Source: Octopus sinensis
Taxonomy: Eukaryota
Direction: 5' to 3'
Assembly (NCBI RefSeq): GCF_006345805.1
Contig: NW_021830022.1
Coordinates: 1 to 5,524, forward strand
Length of the DNA stretch: 5,524 nucleotides
Shown: positions 1-5,524 of the stretch, one piece after another
Layout: every line of letters begins with the position of its first letter
How positions within the stretch are numbered: position 1 is the first letter of the stretch
Notes under the pieces: model-generated
The model's input: the letters and a program-made list of their open reading frames with translations, nothing else
What the model was told of the DNA's origin: nothing
The model's database searches: none
Program-made: the position numbers and the translations under genes

Positions 1-307
1 TACCACATAAGATACGATATACTTATAAAACACACAGACGTACACACACACAAAGACATAAACACACATACACTACACAAATGCACGTATGCACGCATAC
101 ACTTATACGTATATATATGTATGCATATATATATACACATATATATATATGTGTATATATATGCATATATATATATGCATATATTCCATATACATATACA
201 TATATATATATATATATATATACATATATATATAATAGATACATTATACATATACAATATACTTATATATACATATATATATACATATACATATATACAT
301 ATACATA

Positions 308-341
<34 letters not shown>

Positions 342-585
342 ATATATATATACTTATATATACATATCATATATAATATATATTATATACATATATATAT
401 ATACATATATACATATACATATATACTTATATATACATAATATATACATATATACATATATATATTACATATATATATATTATACATTATATATATATAG
501 ATATATATGCATAAATATATATACATACACACACACGTATATATATACACACGCATACACACATACACACACATACATATCATCT
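1..585. repeat. Compound (TA)n/(CA)n/(TACA)n microsatellite
   Basis: Almost entirely alternating TA/CA dinucleotides with interruptions. Produces the YI/IY-rich spurious ORFs. Confidence 0.95.
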
Positions 586-794
586 ATTAGATTTTAAAAT
601 TTTTTGCACAATTTTCAGAAATTGCCACATTCTTGAAATTATGGACATTATTGAATACACACACACATAAACACATTCAAAAACACACGCATATATTATA
701 CAAATACACCCACATAGATAAATTTCTTAATTTATAGATATATTACCAACTATCATTATATACATAAATCATTATATATGTGTACGTAGATACG

Positions 795-870
795 TATATA
801 TATATATATATATATATATACATAATAATTATATCTTATATATCAATATATATATATTTGTGTGTGTGTT
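795..870. repeat. (TA)n tract followed by short (TG)n
   Basis: tatatatata... from 795, degenerate TA to ~857, then tgtgtgtgtg. Confidence 0.9.
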
Positions 871-1080
871 GCTTGGGTTTTACAGTTTACATAGATGCAT
901 ATATAAATACATACATGCATACATGTGCATAACACGTACATTCACCACGCATATTCAGGCAGAACTTAGCATGCAGATACGCAGACACTTAACGCCAGTA
1001 AAAATCCATTGTTGCAAGTACAGTTTACCGACAAGCAATTTGTCTCACGCTCCCGTATTTTCTATCCTATGAAAGAACCC

Positions 1081-1156
1081 CAGCTGCAACATGGCGACAC
1101 AAAGATCCTTAACTGGCACCAAATACACATCAATGTTCTTTCTTGACGTCACACCC
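1081..1156. promoter_or_regulatory. Possible cis-regulatory motif cluster (E-box, YY1-like, CRE, CACCC)
   Basis: CAGCTG 1081-1086, CAACATGGCG 1087-1096, palindromic TGACGTCA 1144-1151 and CACCC 1152-1156 in a non-repetitive island. Motif matches only. Confidence 0.2.
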
Positions 1157-1174
1157 ACTCTACCTTTTTCGAAT

Positions 1175-1338
1175 GTGTTTGTGTGTGTGTGTGTGCGTGT
1201 GTGTGTTTGTGCGTGCATTTGTGTAGATTACACTTTTGGATATAGGCACGTGCACACACTAATATATATACAAATAATATATATATAATATATATATATA
1301 TATTATATATATATACATACACACATACACCCCCACAC

Positions 1339-1370
<32 letters not shown>

Positions 1371-1378
1371 TATATATA
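1175..1378. repeat. Compound (TG)n then (TA)n/(CA)n microsatellite
   Basis: gtgtgtgt... at about 1175-1225, then TA/CA tracts at about 1251-1378. Confidence 0.9.
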
Positions 1379-1448
1379 GTGAACCTCTACGCCAACGAAA
1401 CCGGGAAAAGGTCCTTATGAGCTAAGCATGGCTCAAAGAGGAACAAAC
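1379..1448 (+). mobile_element. Short 5'-truncated SINE/LINE 3'-end fragment
   Basis: A 70-bp island of higher GC between TA tracts, with a stem-loop (TGAGC 1418-1422 / GCTCA 1431-1435) and ending in GGAACAAAC, like the start of an (AAC)n tail. Resembles a cephalopod retroposon 3' end from recall; not verified. Confidence 0.45.
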
Positions 1449-1474
1449 TATATATATATATACATAAATTTATA

Positions 1475-2076
1475 TTTAATGTAGGATAAAATTTTTTCGA
1501 AAAAATTTTATCAATGGTCAGCATATTAAAAAATACCTTTAACGGTTAAAATTATGTATAACTTATAAATAAGGGCAAACGAAAAAATCTCTAATGCCAA
1601 ATATGCCGAAAAATTGGACATATTGTCCATAACCATATAATTTTTTACAATACGCACGCTACTCGAAAAAAAGCCGACAGAAATTTCTAAAAAATTCCAA
1701 TATTACCATATCGGACAGATTTCAGGGTTAGTTCGTAAGAACCCTCACTTCGTCACTGATAAATGTGCTAAAGAAATAAATGAGATACTTACTCATTCAT
1801 ACCCATGGAAGAAGTAAAACACTAAGTCATGAGCACAACTGAGTTGTGCTCATTTATTTCTTTACCACATTTATCAGTGACAAAGGGAGGGTTTTTACGA
1901 ACTAACCCTGAAATCGGTCCGATATGGTAATAATGGAATTTTTTAGAAGTTTCTGTCGGCTTTTTTTCGAGTAGCGTGCGTATTGTGAAAAATTATATGG
2001 TCATGGACAATATGTTCAATTTTTCGGCATATTTGACATTAGAAATTTTTTCGTTTGCCCTTATTTATAAGTTATA
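1475..2076 (+). mobile_element. Probable Penelope-like element 3' remnant with inverted pseudo-LTR (fold-back)
   Basis: Asymmetric inverted duplication: element-like sequence extends ~80 bp upstream of the left arm only. Also a degenerate CTGATAA...stem hammerhead-like motif and a weak remnant NFINGQHIKKYL* (1504-1542), loosely like the C-x-H-x-x-K-Y/F-L end of Penelope GIY-YIG ORFs. Inverted pLTRs are an established PLE feature; the family assignment is inference. Confidence 0.5.
1557..2076. repeat. Long inverted repeat: arms 1557-1784 and 1849-2076, 64-nt spacer
   Basis: Manual alignment of the left arm against the reverse complement of the right arm gives 228 bp, 12 substitutions and no indels (~95% identity). 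Confidence 0.97.
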
Positions 2077-2100
2077 TATATATATATACATATATATTTC

Positions 2101-2285
2101 GTTTCAGGATTTGGTTTGCAAGATTCTTTATGTGAGTTCGTGTGTTGAAGCATATTCTGTCGTGTTTGGGGAGATTCATTTTCTTTTTTTAGGAAAATAA
2201 AATAAGGAATAGGTGGAAATTTTACCTGTGTGTTAAGTTATAAAGCACAAAAAGAAAATGACTTTCTCCAGACACAACAGAATAT
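2101..2285. mobile_element. Interspersed repeat fragment with internal inversion (possibly Penelope-like)
   Basis: 37-bp inverted arms at 2152-2188 and 2249-2285 (32/37 identical) with a 60-nt spacer. The sequence resembles an abundant octopus repeat from recall. Confidence 0.5.
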
Positions 2286-2605
2286 ATAACCAAATAATGC
2301 AAAGAAAATTAAATTCCTCTCTATTTAAAGAAATTGTCATAATGTAAATTATATTCACAGATAGTACGAAATTGTCAGCCTTCACTGATAATTTGGTGAA
2401 TTGATCGAAATGAATGTATTATTAAAAGTTAACGTGTGGAATCAGGGATAATTTGAAAGATTTTGAGTTAAATACATGACTGGTGTAAAACGTTTAAAAA
2501 TAGTCCCTACGACCGAGATTCGAAACTAGTGCCACTGTGTTTGAATAATGCAATGACTCACAGAAAAATGACGCTATACAGATTAACTAAGCAGTACATA
2601 ATTCT

Positions 2606-2607
2606 TA

Positions 2608-2643
<36 letters not shown>

Positions 2644-2810
2644 TGTATGTATTTATGTATGTAATGATGTATGTATGTATTTATGTATGTATTTATGTAT
2701 GTATGTATGTATGTATTTATGTATGTATGTATGTATGTATAATTGCATACATAACAACATAGATATATATATATATGCCTGTGCATGTATGCATACATCT
2801 TACCGCTCGC

Positions 2811-2849
<39 letters not shown>

Positions 2850-2985
2850 GCATATATATATTATATATATATATATATATACTCATACATTTATGAATTA
2901 TGAGCGAATATATATATATATGTTGTACGTATGTATATATATGTATGTGTGTACATATGTTTTATGTATGTTTGCATTCATGTAT
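2606..2985. repeat. (TATG)n microsatellite with TTTATG variants, followed by (TA)n/(TATG)n tracts
   Basis: tatgtatg... at 2615-2740, then degenerate TA/TATG to ~2985. Confidence 0.95.
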
Positions 2986-3163
2986 GTCTTGAAGAATGGC
3001 CAAGTTCTCACGATACACCCTTCTATATTAAAATACCAAACTTGGGAACGAAAATATTCTTTGATTCTTCTCTTCCAGTCAATTCTTGTTCAAAGGATTA
3101 ATCTTTCCCTCGTAAAAGGCTTAAGCGATTTGTTCTGTTTGCACTTGTGTTCAATATAGTTTG

Positions 3164-3253
3164 TACACATACACACACACACACACACACCACACACACA
3201 CACACACACACATACACACACACACGCACATACACACACACGTACACATACAC
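3164..3253. repeat. (CA)n microsatellite
   Basis: Near-perfect acacac... tract. Confidence 0.95.
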
Positions 3254-3316
3254 AAATAATGCATGTATGCGTCTGCACCTGTGAATCTCCTAATATATCT
3301 ATATATATAAAACTAT

Positions 3317-3565
3317 CCTTCCCATCCCCCACCCTATCCCACACCACACCTCCACCCCATCTCCCACCCTATCCCACACCCCTCCCCTACATACCTCACC
3401 TCTAACCCCACCCACAACCCCCTCTCTACCCTCCCCCACACCCCACCTGTGCTTTCCCCACTCTCTCCTCCCCCACATCCCCCACCCCCACAACATCACA
3501 TCACAACCACACTACACTACACCTTACAAAATCACACGCCTAACCCACCCACCCCACCTCCCCAC
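3317..3565. repeat. C-rich low-complexity tract (CCCCA/CCCAC-like), G-rich on the minus strand
   Basis: Many C3-C5 runs and almost no G on the + strand. CCCATC(C/T)CCCACCCTATCCCACACC occurs at 3321 and again at 3356. Confidence 0.9.
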
Positions 3566-3594
3566 AACAAGAAGCATTCTCAAAGTTTCCACTT

Positions 3595-3628
3595 CACATA
3601 AGGATTCTAAGACACATAAGGATTCTAA
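3595..3628 (+). repeat. 16-bp direct repeat x2 (CACATAAGGATTCTAA)
   Basis: Exact copies at 3595-3610 and 3613-3628. Confidence 0.95.
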
Positions 3629-3650
3629 CTCCCAAATTTTAGTCATTTCT

Positions 3651-3726
3651 TTTTTGATCCCACAACCCCCATGACAATTCATATATTTTTGATCCCACAA
3701 CCCCCATGACAATTCATATATTTTTG
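3651..3726 (+). repeat. Perfect 35-bp tandem duplication
   Basis: TTTTTGATCCCACAACCCCCATGACAATTCATATA at 3651-3685 and 3686-3720, followed by TTTTTG. Confidence 0.97.
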
Positions 3727-4886
3727 CTGTTAAGGAAATTTTAACCATAGCTATGAGATAGAAATGAAGTAATATTTATAAAATTTCATCTTCTTACAAG
3801 TTATAAAGACCCCTCCATGGGGACTTAACACCCACAATTTTGTCATTTTATCAAAGCAAAAACGAATACAGTTGTGCTCTTGGAAACTGTAGGGTCATCC
3901 GAGCATAGAAGATGAGCATTATTTCTAATTCAATGGTACAACAGTGTAACAGTTTGCTTTGACATACACTTACATTGTGATTTCTGCAATGTGCTGCATA
4001 AATTGTCAAGTAAATGAGAAGCATCTTTGCCTCCATTGATTCAGTTGCAAAGTGTTGAGTAAAGTTATTTGATTGCAGATCTCCTTTCAGTCTTTTTATT
4101 ATCACACATAATCCCCAGATGGTAACATTGATTTTAAGGGCTTCCCAGATGAGTGACTGGTTATTCAACGACATTTATAGATTGTAAATTTATTCTGTCC
4201 AGTTACGTATCAGTATAGTGGTTATTTGCAAACTCCAACTTTCATTTCTCCTTAGCCGTCACGTCACACAGTTGTTAATGTTTATTTCAGTTGGGTCACG
4301 CCCTTCCAATTGCTATAGATCCGTAATGCATCTTACGGCTGTGCCTGTCACCTGGATGATGAGGAATACTACATTGGGAGTGGTAACGTCTAGGGTACTG
4401 TAGCTAATTGCTGATTGTGATCATTCGTCTTTTGGTTTCCTGTAGCTTTGCTCTCTTTTACAAATCCAGTGAACATATATCTCTTATTTCAAAGAAATTC
4501 AAACAATAGATATAAGACCCAAGTAAAAAAGATTCTCAACAATTCAATTCTCTGTTTGACATTAAGATGCCCCCCCCCCCCACAACAGGGGTCTTAACTC
4601 TCACATTTTAGAGCTCTATGACCTTCATTTTTCAGGAGCAAAATCTTTTTAACAGGTTCAATAAGACTGGAATTTTGGAATATGCGCATAAAAATCAGTA
4701 GTATGGGATATATGTGGCACGATTACAATTTTGGGGTGGGACTGTAAAGAGGGAAATAACCCTTATCTGCAATTTTGATAAAATTCGAAACAGATATTTC
4801 AATTCATTAGAGAAAATATAACAGAAAAGTCTAATTCTTCAATTGTTTGTAACACGGGCAACGCCGGGTATCTCTGCTAGTATATG

Positions 4887-5292
4887 TTACTCTATTACTC
4901 TATTACTTGTTTCAGTCATTTGACTGCGGCCATGCTGGAGCACCGCCTTTAATCGAGTAACTCGACCCCGGGACTTATTCTTTTTGTAAGCCCAGTACTT
5001 ATTCTATCGGTCTCTTTTGCCAAACCGCTAAGTAACGGTGACATAAACACCACCACATCGGTTGTCAAGCAATGCTAGGGGGACAACACAGACACACAAC
5101 ACACACACACACACACACACCACATATATACAACACATATTCGACGGGCCTCTTTCAGTTTCCGTCTACCAAATCCACTCACAAGGCTTTGGTCGCCCGA
5201 GGCTATAGTAGAAGACACTTACCCAAGGTGCCACGCAGTGGGACTGAACCCGGAACCATGGTGGTTGTAACAAGCTACTTACCACACAGCCA
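4887..5292 (-). mobile_element. tRNA-derived SINE with CORE-like segment (octopus OR/OK-type), internal microsatellite and short-repeat tail
   Basis: On the minus strand: A box TGGCTGTGTGG (5292-5282), B box GGTTCAGTCCC (5250-5240), CORE-like GGCACCTTGGGTAAGTGTCTTCT (5232-5210), internal (TG)n at ~5086-5140, and a 3' end GGCGGTGCTCCAGCATGGCCGCAGTCAAATGACTGAAACAAG with a (TAATAGAG)n tail ending at 4887. Exact family name uncertain. Confidence 0.88.
5240..5292 (-). promoter_or_regulatory. Pol III type 2 internal promoter (A and B boxes) of the SINE
   Basis: A box at 5282-5292 and B box at 5240-5250, separated by 31 nt, a tRNA-like spacing. Confidence 0.75.
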
Positions 5293-5390
5293 TATATATA
5301 TATGCATACACACACACACAGCCATATATATATATATATATATGCATACACACACACACACACACACACACAGAAACACACACATGCATA
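5293..5390. repeat. (TA)n/(CA)n compound microsatellite with duplicated unit
   Basis: CACACAGCCA-(TA)n-TGCATA-(CA)n occurs twice. Confidence 0.9.
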
Positions 5391-5524
5391 GATGTATTTA
5401 TTAAATATAATTCATGTATATTTGTCTCTTTCCCACTTTCTGTTTGCCTGTCTGTCTGCTTGTCTCTGTCTCCCTCCCTGAAGAACAGAGTAGCACAGTG
5501 GCTTGTATTAGTGCGTTTATGAGA

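Larger units (their letters stand above)
3298..4880 (+). mobile_element. Non-autonomous Helitron, apparently with both termini (1583 bp)
   Basis: 5' end A|TCTATATATATAAAA at 3298. 3' end has the GC-rich hairpin CGGGCAACGCCGGG (4855-4868) followed by CTAG (4877-4880)|T. Insertion between A and T with no TSD is the canonical Helitron signature. No RepHel ORF is visible. The 5' end is less certain because TCTATATA can occur by chance here. Confidence 0.8.

Noticed and set aside
23-583. Four ORFs of 66-119 aa rich in Y/I/H/T
   Set aside because: Translations of TA/CA microsatellite, which rarely contains stop codons.
860-1340. ORFs 860-1072, 1091-1288 (good Kozak context CAACATGG) and 1149-1340
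   Set aside because: Short, with no recognisable domain. They start in or run into TG/TA repeats, and I found no convincing splice signals.
1557-2076. MITE / TIR DNA transposon interpretation of the long inverted repeat
   Set aside because: Disfavoured rather than excluded: complex sequence continues ~80 bp beyond the left arm only, no clear TSD is present, and the apex shows a fold-back scar.
1976-2200. 74-aa ORF
   Set aside because: GTG start, and it spans an inverted-repeat arm, a TA tract and a different repeat.
3595-3726. CRISPR-like direct repeats
   Set aside because: Only two copies each, adjacent without unique spacers, no cas genes, and a eukaryotic context.
2529-3748. ORFs with MYVC, YIHT, VC and G/W-rich repeats
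   Set aside because: Products of (TATG)n, (CA)n and the C-rich tract.
4213-4224. GTATAGTGGTTA, a tRNA A-box-like motif
   Set aside because: No downstream B box or cloverleaf.
4200-4320. Faint MULE-transposase-like reading (NNCVT*RLRRN) on the minus strand
   Set aside because: It needs frameshifts and stop read-through, and too few residues match to support a call.
5072-5404. 110-aa and 71-aa ORFs
   Set aside because: They lie within the SINE and microsatellites. Any hits to 'hypothetical proteins' would most likely be mis-annotated SINE copies.

Overview
AT-rich, microsatellite-dense, non-coding eukaryotic DNA. The repeat content resembles octopus/cephalopod intronic or intergenic sequence; this is from recall of such repeats, not a database search. 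No credible protein-coding gene is present, and almost all supplied ORFs are translations of (TA)n/(CA)n/(TATG)n/C-rich tracts. Main content: (1) a ~520-bp fold-back at 1557-2076 with two 228-bp arms (12 mismatches, no indels), a perfect hairpin at the turn-around and a degenerate hammerhead-like motif, best explained as a Penelope-like retroelement end with an inverted pseudo-LTR; (2) a second, smaller inverted fragment at 2101-2285; (3) an apparently complete 1583-bp non-autonomous Helitron at 3298-4880 (A|TC...hairpin-CTAG|T) carrying a C-rich tract, tandem duplications and ~650 bp of unidentified internal sequence; (4) a minus-strand tRNA-derived, CORE-like SINE at 4887-5292, tail-to-tail with the Helitron. 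I see no convincing new biological system. The fold-back junction and the Helitron interior most merit follow-up.
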